The notes below the pieces were generated by a model. That model was not told the DNA's origin, made no database searches, and saw only the letters and a program-made list of their open reading frames with translations. DNA of 64,000 nucleotides from positions 195,271 through 259,270 of the forward strand of contig BOKR01000001.1 of the NCBI GenBank assembly GCA_016861085.1. The letters run 5' to 3'. Numbering within the stretch: the stretch's first letter is position 1; each line of letters starts with the position of its first letter. The stretch comes from Patescibacteria group bacterium. GTDB taxonomy: Bacteria > Patescibacteriota > Microgenomatia > UBA1400 > PJMF01. The position numbers were made by a program, and so were the translations under genes. Shown here one piece after another: positions 28,214-36,507 of the stretch.

Positions 28214-29254
28214 CTAGATAATTTCAAGCTGATCAACTAGCCGCATACAGTACCCCCATTCGTTATCATACCAGCTAATAACTTTGACTAAGTTACCACC
28301 AATCACCTGAGTTAAAGAGAGATCAACTATAGATGATTCAGTTCTGCCAACTACGTCTGAAGAAACTATCTCATCAGTTGTGACAGCCAGAATACCTTTC
28401 CAACGGTCTTGTGTGCTTGCATCTATAAATGCTTGATTAACTTCGGCTACGGTAACTGGTCGTTTTGTGACAAAAACCATATCAGAAAGTGATCCGACTG
28501 GAACAGGCACACGCACAGCTAAACCGTCAAACATCCCTTTTAATTCAGGGATGATTTCGGTGACTGCAATTGCCGCTCCGGTTGAAGTTGGAATAATATT
28601 TTGAGCAGCCGTTCTTGATCTTCTCAAGTCTTTATGTGAATTATCTTGGGTATTCTGATCATCAGTATATGCATGGATTGTGGTTAACATTGCTTTTTCA
28701 ACACCAAATACTGAGTGCATAATTTGAGCTACAGGAGCTACACAGTTTGTGGTACAAGAAGCATTTGAGAGAACGTTGACTCCCTCTGCATATTGGTTAA
28801 CACCAATGACTGAAGTAGAAACAGTTCCACCTTTAGCTGGAGCAGTAATCATTACTTTTTTTGCTCCACCGGCAAAATGTTGAGCGGCTTTTTCTTCAGA
28901 GGTAAAAGCACCGGTTGCTTCAATGACAACCTCTACACCATATGCTCCCCAAGGAATTAATTTTGGATCTCGTTGAGCTGTAACTACAACTTTGTGACCT
29001 GCTATGGTTATTGTTCCAATTACTGGGTTTTCATCAGTAGCATCTTTTGCAGATTGTGTTTTTTCTACAGTGATTTCTCCTTGAAACGGACCATAATTGG
29101 TGTCGTACTTGAGTAAATGAGCCCATCCTTCAATTTCCATTGAACCTGAAGTATTGATAACAGCTAATGATAAATCAGGATTGTTTTTACTAATCCAAGC
29201 ACGAACAAATGTTCTGCCAATTCTACCAAAGCCGTTTACACCAAATTGTTTCAT
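28214..29254 (-). CDS. gap: Glyceraldehyde-3-phosphate dehydrogenase
   Basis: NGFGRIGR NAD-binding motif and active-site SNASCTTNCVAPV. AAGGAG Shine-Dalgarno 8 nt upstream of the ATG at 29252-29254. Confidence 0.9.
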   Translation of the reverse strand: MKQFGVNGFGRIGRTFVRAWISKNNPDLSLAVINTSGSMEIEGWAHLLKYDTNYGPFQGEITVEKTQSAKDATDENPVIGTITIAGHKVVVTAQRDPKLIPWGAYGVEVVIEATGAFTSEEKAAQHFAGGAKKVMITAPAKGGTVSTSVIGVNQYAEGVNVLSNASCTTNCVAPVAQIMHSVFGVEKAMLTTIHAYTDDQNTQDNSHKDLRRSRTAAQNIIPTSTGAAIAVTEIIPELKGMFDGLAVRVPVPVGSLSDMVFVTKRPVTVAEVNQAFIDASTQDRWKGILAVTTDEIVSSDVVGRTESSIVDLSLTQVIGGNLVKVISWYDNEWGYCMRLVDQLEII

Positions 29255-29305
29255 ATAATTTCTCCTTACAATTAACACTTATTAATATTTACGATCGTTA
29301 GTTTG

Positions 29306-29371
29306 CAAATCATATCAACAAGCATATTCGTTCGGACCGAAGGCTCGCAATGTGCGGTTGATTATGATTTG
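29306..29371. repeat. Imperfect 14-15-bp inverted repeat with an internal TTCGG-A-CCGAA hairpin in the pyrH-gap intergenic region
   Basis: CAAATCATATCAAC ... GTTGATTATGATTTG enclosing CGTTCGGACCGAAGG. Confidence 0.5.
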
Positions 29372-30112
29372 TTAAACCAACTTTGTCTCTACGTCATTAG
29401 CAATCAAGGTGCCAACATGTTCGCCACTGACTGCTTGCATCAAATTATCATCTCTAAAAAGTGCAAATACTAAAATAGGTAAATCATTTTCACTCGCCAT
29501 GGAAAGGGCTGCAGTATCTATTATTTTTAAATCACCAATTTCGATGGCATCTTTAAAGTTGAGTGTCTCAAAGCGTTTAGCCTCAGGGTTTTTTTCAGGA
29601 TCAGATTCATAGACACCATTCACTTTTGTAGTTCTCATAAGGATGTCACAATGGAGCTCAAGTGCATGCAGAGCTGAACCAGCATCTTGTGTGACAAATG
29701 GTACTCCAGTGCCAGCACACAAAATGACTACCCTACCCTTTTCCATATGGCGGATCGCTTTTCTTCTGATAAAACTTTCAGCAACCGCTGGCATTTGAAG
29801 AGCAGACTGCATGCGGGTAGGAATACCCATTTTTTCAAGTTCATCTTGTAGTGTTAGTCCGTTCATGACAGTAGCCATCATTTCAATATAATCGGCGGTA
29901 GTTCTGTCAAAACCTTCTTTGTATGCTTTAGCACTTTTAAAGATATTTTTTCCTCCCACAGAAACAACTATTTGAACATGTTGTGTATACACTGATTTTA
30001 TTTGTTCGGCAAGTTGTCTTACTGCATTGAGGTCAATTCCTGACTCTTTTTCTCCTAGTAATGCATTGCCACTTACCGCTATCATTATTCTTTTGTACTT
30101 AATCTGTGCCAT
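29372..30112 (-). CDS. pyrH: Uridylate (UMP) kinase
   Basis: KRIMIAVSGNALLGE.. N-terminus and the GTGVPFVTQDAGSALHALEL..TKVNGVYESDP signature. Confidence 0.9.
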   Translation of the reverse strand: MAQIKYKRIMIAVSGNALLGEKESGIDLNAVRQLAEQIKSVYTQHVQIVVSVGGKNIFKSAKAYKEGFDRTTADYIEMMATVMNGLTLQDELEKMGIPTRMQSALQMPAVAESFIRRKAIRHMEKGRVVILCAGTGVPFVTQDAGSALHALELHCDILMRTTKVNGVYESDPEKNPEAKRFETLNFKDAIEIGDLKIIDTAALSMASENDLPILVFALFRDDNLMQAVSGEHVGTLIANDVETKLV

Positions 30113-30127
30113 ACAAGTCCTCTATTT

Positions 30128-31159
30128 TTAGATTTTTAATTTTGCTTTCAATCTTAAGAATTTCCAACGAAGTGAGTCACCAATTTTAAATATTTGATAC
30201 AGTGGAAAGTCGACCACATAGTCAAATGTGCCCAAAAACTCTACTAGGTCTCCACCATATCCTTTTTTGAATCGGTGAAACCCAAACCAAGGATCTTTCT
30301 CATTTGGCTCTGGTCCAAGGGATCCCCACATATCAAACAAAGTGCAACCCTGTTGTTTGCCAAACCGAATCATTTCCCACATCATAAGATTGCTAGCCAT
30401 CACGTCACGATGCAGGTCTCGAGAAGCTCCGTATGGATAGTACAGAACTCCATTAAAAATGAACATAATCCATGATGTTAAGATTTCACCCTCATAGACT
30501 GCATTGAAGATCTTGAGCATTCCGGAATTACCAAGTTCTTTCCACATTTTTCTGAAATATTCTGGAGAGTGAGCATAAAATCCTTGACGTTTTGTTGTTT
30601 CTTCAAGAACTGCGATATATTGTTCCATTCCCTCAGCAGAAGTATTTTCAAAAATTTGTACACCTTTTTTGTAGGCTACGTTAACGTTATATCTAGTTTT
30701 ACTTGAGAGATTTTTAAAAAGAATATCTTCCTCTTGGGTTAAATCAAGCTGGAACGTATATTTGGTAAAAAGAGGTTTTCCTGGGACACAGTCGTTATCA
30801 AGTAAAAATTTTGCAATGTTGCTATGTGCAGAGGGAGCTCCTACTTTACTTGCCACATTTGGTTCAAGCTTGATAAAAATAGCGTTGTGTTCTTTGGCAA
30901 CGGTTCTGAGGACCCCGAGTTGATCTGCGTCTGGCATGTAGCCTTTTGGCAAGTATCCGATGTTTTTATTAAGTATTGGGACGGGATGAAACGTGACCTG
31001 TAATGCTTTTACTAATTTCGATTTGTCGAAAATGCCAATTCTTTCAAGTTCAAGTCCGGTAGTCTGGCGAAATTGACCCCATTCCCAAGATTGTAGCGGG
31101 TGGCCAACTGCTGCATTATATGCTTCTTTTTCTTCAGGTCTGATTTTTCGAATAAACAT
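30128..31159 (-). CDS. FemAB-family peptidyltransferase (lipid II aminoacyl-tRNA-dependent cross-bridge formation, FemX/MurM-like)
   Basis: KTRYNVNVAYKKGVQI (FemAB 'KTRYNIRKA' signature), a GNAT-like duplicated fold, and a length typical of the family at 343 aa. Confidence 0.65.
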   Translation of the reverse strand: MFIRKIRPEEKEAYNAAVGHPLQSWEWGQFRQTTGLELERIGIFDKSKLVKALQVTFHPVPILNKNIGYLPKGYMPDADQLGVLRTVAKEHNAIFIKLEPNVASKVGAPSAHSNIAKFLLDNDCVPGKPLFTKYTFQLDLTQEEDILFKNLSSKTRYNVNVAYKKGVQIFENTSAEGMEQYIAVLEETTKRQGFYAHSPEYFRKMWKELGNSGMLKIFNAVYEGEILTSWIMFIFNGVLYYPYGASRDLHRDVMASNLMMWEMIRFGKQQGCTLFDMWGSLGPEPNEKDPWFGFHRFKKGYGGDLVEFLGTFDYVVDFPLYQIFKIGDSLRWKFLRLKAKLKI

Positions 31160-31182
31160 ATACGTTACTTATTATACAGTAC

Positions 31183-33159
31183 TTAACTGTTTATGAGTTT
31201 GTCGATATCAAAGTCACCATTGATTACTCCTTCAAGGATATCATCATCAACAACAATTTTTCTTGTTTCAGTTTGCTTGATTGGGTTTTGAGTTTTCTTC
31301 TTATATGGATAATAACTCTGATTCGTAAACGAATCTTTATATGAATAGTGTTTTTTTTCAATTTCCACAGCAAGCAAATTTTCTGGAATATCAAACAAAA
31401 ATCTGCTGGTAACGCTTTCACTTGGCACACCGTATTGTGTTCGAGTTCTGCAGTAGGTGAAATACAATTTTGATTTTGCGCGTGTAATGCCAACATAACA
31501 GAGTCTTCGTTCTTCTTCCATTTGTTCAGGGTCAACAAGTGATCGTGAATGTGGGAGTAGTCCGTCTTCCATACCAACTAAGAAAACTACTTCAAATTCA
31601 AGTCCTTTTGCAGAATGTAGACTCATCAAATTGACGCTGCGTTTACTGTCAATTTCTGTGTTTCCGTCAGCAAATTCATTGTCTTGGATGAGGGCAATAT
31701 TTTCCAAAAATTGCGCTGTAGTTTCAAACTGAACAGCAACTGAAAGCAGTTCTTCAACGTTGGCGATTCTTTCTCCATTTTCTTCTGTTTGGCGTTTAAA
31801 TTTTTCCAAATAATTAGTTGTTTCTAGAATATCTTTTAAAGTTGCGCTGGGGTTTTGCTGTGTCAGTTCGGTGACATTTTGTTGTTTGAGCCACTGCAAA
31901 AATGAATCAAACCGACGTTTTCCTAGTTTTGAAATACGCTGGAAACTGACAAGATCAAAGCTGTTAATTGCATATCGTAAGTATGCAATCACATCTTTGA
32001 CTTCTTTTCGCTCGTAGAATTTTGTTCCGCCAATTAAGGTATATGGAATACCAGCTTGCATCAATGCTTCTTCAAAAACACGTGATTGTGCATTGGTTCG
32101 GTACAAAATCGCGATTTCACCCAATTGAATTTCTTTTGCATGATCCCGGATATATGAGACAATTTTTTTTGCCTCGGTGTTACCATTTTCTGCTTCAAAA
32201 CAGGTAATCTTTGCTCCACTAGGTTTAGTGGTCCATAACTTTAAAATGGGATGTGTTTTATTTTGTGAGATGACTTCTGTTGCAGCGTCTAAAATAGTTT
32301 GGTTAGAACGGTAATTTTGTTCAAGTTTATATTCAGCGATTTTAGGGAAACTCGTTTTGAGTTGCAACATGTTTTTATAATCAGCCCCTCTCCATGCATA
32401 AATACTTTGACAAAAATCACCAACCACAAATAGATTATTTTGTGGGGTTGCTAGTAGCTTTGTAAGTTTGTATTGTGCTTTGTTTGTATCTTGATATTCA
32501 TCTACTAAGACATGCTGAAATCTTTTTTGGTATTTCTCTCTAATAATTTGGTCATTTTGTAAGAGCTGTAATGTTTTTGAAAGTAAGTCGTCAAAATCAA
32601 CAGCTGATGCTTTGGTGAGTTCATATTGATATATGCTATATACTTTGGCAACATGCTCCGGAAAAGTTCCGGAGGCTGTTTCAGCATACATTTGTGGTGT
32701 GAGTAATTCATTTTTTGCGTTTGAGATCATAGCCTGTACAGCTTTAATATTGAATTCTTCCTTGTCAAAATGATTTTTTTCATAGATATCTTTCAGCAGT
32801 GCAAGTTGATCTTGTGAGTCATAAATCACAAAATTTTGTGACAAGCCAATGGATTGTCCATCGATTCGTAATATCTTTGCGCATAAGCTGTGGAAAGTCC
32901 CGCTCCACGGCAAATCCATTCCGGTTACTACAGAAATACGCTCTTTAATCTCTTTGGCTGCTTTGTTGGTAAATGTGACAACTAAGATGCTAAAAGGTGA
33001 AACATTTTGTTCAGAAATCAACCAAGCAACTCTGGTTGTTAAAACCGTAGTTTTTCCTGATCCAGCCCCGGCAAGAACGACAGCTGGTCCAGATTCATGT
33101 AAGACTGCTTTTTGTTGATCTGGGTTGAGTTTTTCTAATAAGTTTGACACGGAACTCAT
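31183..33159 (-). CDS. uvrD: ATP-dependent DNA helicase UvrD/PcrA family
   Basis: LNPDQQKAV, Walker A GAGSGKT, DEYQDT, helicase motifs IV-VI (VGITRAK). I took the start at the ATG 33157-33159. Confidence 0.85.
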   Translation of the reverse strand: MSSVSNLLEKLNPDQQKAVLHESGPAVVLAGAGSGKTTVLTTRVAWLISEQNVSPFSILVVTFTNKAAKEIKERISVVTGMDLPWSGTFHSLCAKILRIDGQSIGLSQNFVIYDSQDQLALLKDIYEKNHFDKEEFNIKAVQAMISNAKNELLTPQMYAETASGTFPEHVAKVYSIYQYELTKASAVDFDDLLSKTLQLLQNDQIIREKYQKRFQHVLVDEYQDTNKAQYKLTKLLATPQNNLFVVGDFCQSIYAWRGADYKNMLQLKTSFPKIAEYKLEQNYRSNQTILDAATEVISQNKTHPILKLWTTKPSGAKITCFEAENGNTEAKKIVSYIRDHAKEIQLGEIAILYRTNAQSRVFEEALMQAGIPYTLIGGTKFYERKEVKDVIAYLRYAINSFDLVSFQRISKLGKRRFDSFLQWLKQQNVTELTQQNPSATLKDILETTNYLEKFKRQTEENGERIANVEELLSVAVQFETTAQFLENIALIQDNEFADGNTEIDSKRSVNLMSLHSAKGLEFEVVFLVGMEDGLLPHSRSLVDPEQMEEERRLCYVGITRAKSKLYFTYCRTRTQYGVPSESVTSRFLFDIPENLLAVEIEKKHYSYKDSFTNQSYYPYKKKTQNPIKQTETRKIVVDDDILEGVINGDFDIDKLINS

Positions 33160-33213
33160 ACTAACATACACTTTTGATTTAGTGATATAGTGAGTTTGCA
33201 AGTCTAAAACGTT

Positions 33214-33906
33214 ATGAAAAAATTATTGATCTCAAATTTTAAGTCGAATAAGTCTGTTGACGAATCAAATGAATGGCTAGATGAATTAGTGAAAACTGTT
33301 GATTGGAATTCGCTGGGTAACTTCGAGGTTGGTGTTGCTCCAGCATTTCCTTCAGTTGAAGAATTTTCACATAGGATTATGGAAGCACAAGTACCTCTAA
33401 AACTTACTACTCAAGACTTAAGTGCTTACCCAGCCGGCAGCTATACTGGAGCAGTTTCTGCACGTAACTTAGCTGATCTACACGTAAAGTATGCAATTGT
33501 TGGTCACTCAGAAAGAAGGAGATATTTTGAAGAAACTTCTGAATTGGTTGCAATGAAAGTTGTGCAAGCATTAGACAACCATATAATCCCCTTAGTTTGC
33601 ATTGATGAGCCCTACTTAGAAGAGCAAATCAAACTTTTAGATACCGCAACACTCTCAAAATGCGTGTATGTGTATGAACCTCTTTCTGCAATTGGCACTG
33701 GTGACAATGTTGGTGTTGGTAAGGTTGCAGAAGTTTTTGAAAAGATCACAAAATTATGCGGAGACGTACGTTGTATGTATGGAGGTAGTGTTACCGATCA
33801 AAATGTTTCTGAATATTTGCTCATAGCTCATGGCGTTTTAGTTGGCTCTTTTTCCTTAAAAGCGAATGATTTTGCAAAGTTAGTTGCTACTGCCACAGCG
33901 CTCTAG
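33214..33906 (+). CDS. tpiA: Triosephosphate isomerase
   Basis: VGHSERR, YEPLSAIGTGDNVG (catalytic Glu loop) and MYGGSV motifs. Confidence 0.9.
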   Translation: MKKLLISNFKSNKSVDESNEWLDELVKTVDWNSLGNFEVGVAPAFPSVEEFSHRIMEAQVPLKLTTQDLSAYPAGSYTGAVSARNLADLHVKYAIVGHSERRRYFEETSELVAMKVVQALDNHIIPLVCIDEPYLEEQIKLLDTATLSKCVYVYEPLSAIGTGDNVGVGKVAEVFEKITKLCGDVRCMYGGSVTDQNVSEYLLIAHGVLVGSFSLKANDFAKLVATATAL

Positions 33907-35599
33907 TGTCATAGACAACTGTATCTTCGTTTTGAAATGCTACCGGAAATTGTTGCAAGTATTGAGAGTTAATTACCAGTGTTCCCCTTTCCTTTGGTCC
34001 CACGAAAATATAACTAATTTTGTTTTCTTTAAGTATCTGATTTGCTTGTGAACTCCCACTAAACACAAGGTAAACTTGCTTATCTCTGAGTGTATGATCA
34101 AACCCAAAATTCCTGACCCAACCAAGATATCCTAAGAATATTGGTCGATTAGCCCACAACGGAATCGGGTGATTATGAATGGTACTGGTGAGGAAAACGG
34201 CCTCAGTATCAGTACGTTCTGCAATAGATGTAGCCAAAGCGATTTCTGAGGTTGTTGAGAGTAGATGAGTGTTTTGAGTAAAATTGGCAATTCTGAAAAG
34301 TTCTACTAAACCTGTCGTGCTTAATAAAAAAACGAGTATGCCTGTGAGTATTTTATGTGTGACATGTGAGTTCCAGAGTTTGAGAATAAGTTTCGCAACC
34401 AAGATTGAAAGACCAAGGTATACCCAAGCGAATAGCTTTGTGTTATCCCACCGCGTGGGTTGAAAAATGAGTACGTTTGCGAGCAAAAATACGACAAGAA
34501 AACCACAGTAAAATGAGAATACTTTTTGTTTTATTATTTCTTTCCTAAAAAGCCAGAACGCAAATAGTACTGCTGGTAAAAATGCTCCCCAGAGTTTTAG
34601 CCACATAAATATCCAAGCAAAAAAATCGGCTAATACAAAGCCAGTTTTAGGAACAGTCCACCCTAAAGATAGTGTCATAAAATTATCAATTTCTATGCCG
34701 CCATGAACGAACGTTATATACAACAGTATTGAGAGCATTGCTGCCGGTGTTACAAAGTATCTAAATAATAGTTGAAACTTTGATCGATTAAACCAACACA
34801 TACAGCCAGTGACGATGACTATAGTAATAAAGCTATGCATATGAGCTATCGGTAAAATTCCAGCTAAAAATCCAGCAGTTAAGAGCAACTTCTTTGCTGT
34901 TCTTTGACTTGTTTTTTTTTGCAAACTCCATAATAAAATTGCCAGGACCCAAACACCAATGGTCACTCCAATAAAAAATGCTCTTTGTGGTATGAGCATG
35001 GCTGCTGGAATATTTCCAGCAAGCCAATCGTATTCTAAAAACCGTGAATAATCTTGAACTGGTGCTAAGATTTCGTTCCATGAGAGGTGTTTCCAGAATC
35101 GAAAAAACCCTATCCCAGACGAAGTAAAAAATATGAAAATTCCAAGGACCGACTCTCTTCTTGAATTACTCAACTGAAAATATAAAAAATACAATCCAAC
35201 CAAAAAACAGAATAGTAGCAAAACTGAAACTACAAAAAAAGCTCCTGGAAGTGAAAGTCCGATCCTCATGAAAAAGGCAGTGATCAAATGAACCAAAAAA
35301 CCATAGGTTAATTTTCCGTATGCAAAGAATGGGTGGTACAAAAACCATTCTGACACTGGTTTTTTCGCAAAAATATTTGTGATACTTATATGCACTACCC
35401 AGTCACTCCATGCGTTTGGTTGACCAATATAAACACCGTCAGGTTTTACTAAAAGCAACTTAGAGAAAACATAGGTGAAAAAACCACCACAAACCCCAAA
35501 GATAATAAATAGGGCTAATTTATGAAACTGGATTATTTTTCGCACATTGTTACTGTACCAGCTGTGCATATTGATTGCTAACCCAACCTGATTGGCCAT
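33887..35599 (-). CDS. Large polytopic membrane protein, possibly a GT-C-fold glycosyltransferase-like (PMT/ArnT-like) protein
   Basis: 570 aa, more than 12 TM helices, and a C-terminal soluble domain. The family assignment is tentative. Confidence 0.35.
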   Translation of the reverse strand: MANQVGLAINMHSWYSNNVRKIIQFHKLALFIIFGVCGGFFTYVFSKLLLVKPDGVYIGQPNAWSDWVVHISITNIFAKKPVSEWFLYHPFFAYGKLTYGFLVHLITAFFMRIGLSLPGAFFVVSVLLLFCFLVGLYFLYFQLSNSRRESVLGIFIFFTSSGIGFFRFWKHLSWNEILAPVQDYSRFLEYDWLAGNIPAAMLIPQRAFFIGVTIGVWVLAILLWSLQKKTSQRTAKKLLLTAGFLAGILPIAHMHSFITIVIVTGCMCWFNRSKFQLLFRYFVTPAAMLSILLYITFVHGGIEIDNFMTLSLGWTVPKTGFVLADFFAWIFMWLKLWGAFLPAVLFAFWLFRKEIIKQKVFSFYCGFLVVFLLANVLIFQPTRWDNTKLFAWVYLGLSILVAKLILKLWNSHVTHKILTGILVFLLSTTGLVELFRIANFTQNTHLLSTTSEIALATSIAERTDTEAVFLTSTIHNHPIPLWANRPIFLGYLGWVRNFGFDHTLRDKQVYLVFSGSSQANQILKENKISYIFVGPKERGTLVINSQYLQQFPVAFQNEDTVVYDTRALWQ

Positions 35600-36479
35600 T
35601 AAATTGAATATTTAGCCAACCGTTTTGTGAATTTCCAATATATGGATGCAAGCTGCCAACATCAGCAAAACCAAGCTCTTTTCCGCTGGAGTTCGGGGCA
35701 TCTCTTACCCGAAGCACCTCTTTACCCTCAACAAAAAAATTTGTGGATGTAATTTGTACCTGTCTTCCAGTTGTATTTAGTTTTGGTGTAGCAGAGTCTG
35801 TTGCTGCTACTGGTGTGGCAGATGCTGTTGCGAGTGGAGCTGGTGTTGTCGCAGCATTAGTTGCCTGTTGTTCTGTTTCGTCAGAGCTTGAGGTCACCGC
35901 TGCCCCCGCGACATTTTCCTTAGCAAGTTTAACAGTGACGAGCATTCTGTAGCCTGGAATGGCATTAATTGTGTGTTTCTGAATTCCGTATGAAGGAAGT
36001 GAAACTTCAAACTCAACATGCCCAGGATTGATGTCCGACATAATTACCGGTGAAAACGTCTTCTCTTTTCCGGCAACAGTTACAATTGCACCATCAGGTA
36101 TTGTAACAAAAGAGACTTCTGATTTTCCTTTTGCGTTGATTGGTTCCATTTCATACATAACTCCCCCACTAAATTCAGGTCGTTCTGCCAGTTTCCAGGT
36201 TACAACTGTCAAAAGCCCAGGTTTAAGTGAAATTCTAGTTTCATATGGAATCAATTTTGGATCATCTGGTTGAATTTTTAGGGTGTACTCTCCTGGATTC
36301 AATTCTCGACTAATAAATGGAGTTTTTTCTACGTATGTTTCATCTAAATAGACTGAAGCAGCAACGCCGTCCGTAATTTGTACCTGCAAACCAGACTTTG
36401 CTTTTTTAGCCAAAGGGTTACAAGCACTCAACAAAAAGCTTGCAGTTATCAAAACAAGTAGTAAGAGTAAACGCTTCAT
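35550..36479 (-). CDS. Lipoprotein with PEGA-type beta domains and a C-terminal bacterial SH3 (SH3b) domain
   Basis: Signal peptide with lipobox (FLLSAC), PEGA-like repeats (TIPDGAIVTVAGKEKTF), a Thr/Ala-rich linker, and C-terminal SH3b (LRVRDAPNSSGKELGFADVGS..GWLNIQFNGQSGWV). Confidence 0.55.
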   Translation of the reverse strand: MKRLLLLLVLITASFLLSACNPLAKKAKSGLQVQITDGVAASVYLDETYVEKTPFISRELNPGEYTLKIQPDDPKLIPYETRISLKPGLLTVVTWKLAERPEFSGGVMYEMEPINAKGKSEVSFVTIPDGAIVTVAGKEKTFSPVIMSDINPGHVEFEVSLPSYGIQKHTINAIPGYRMLVTVKLAKENVAGAAVTSSSDETEQQATNAATTPAPLATASATPVAATDSATPKLNTTGRQVQITSTNFFVEGKEVLRVRDAPNSSGKELGFADVGSLHPYIGNSQNGWLNIQFNGQSGWVSNQYAQLVQ

Positions 36480-36507
36480 AACTATAAGTAGTGTAACATG
36501 AACTCTA

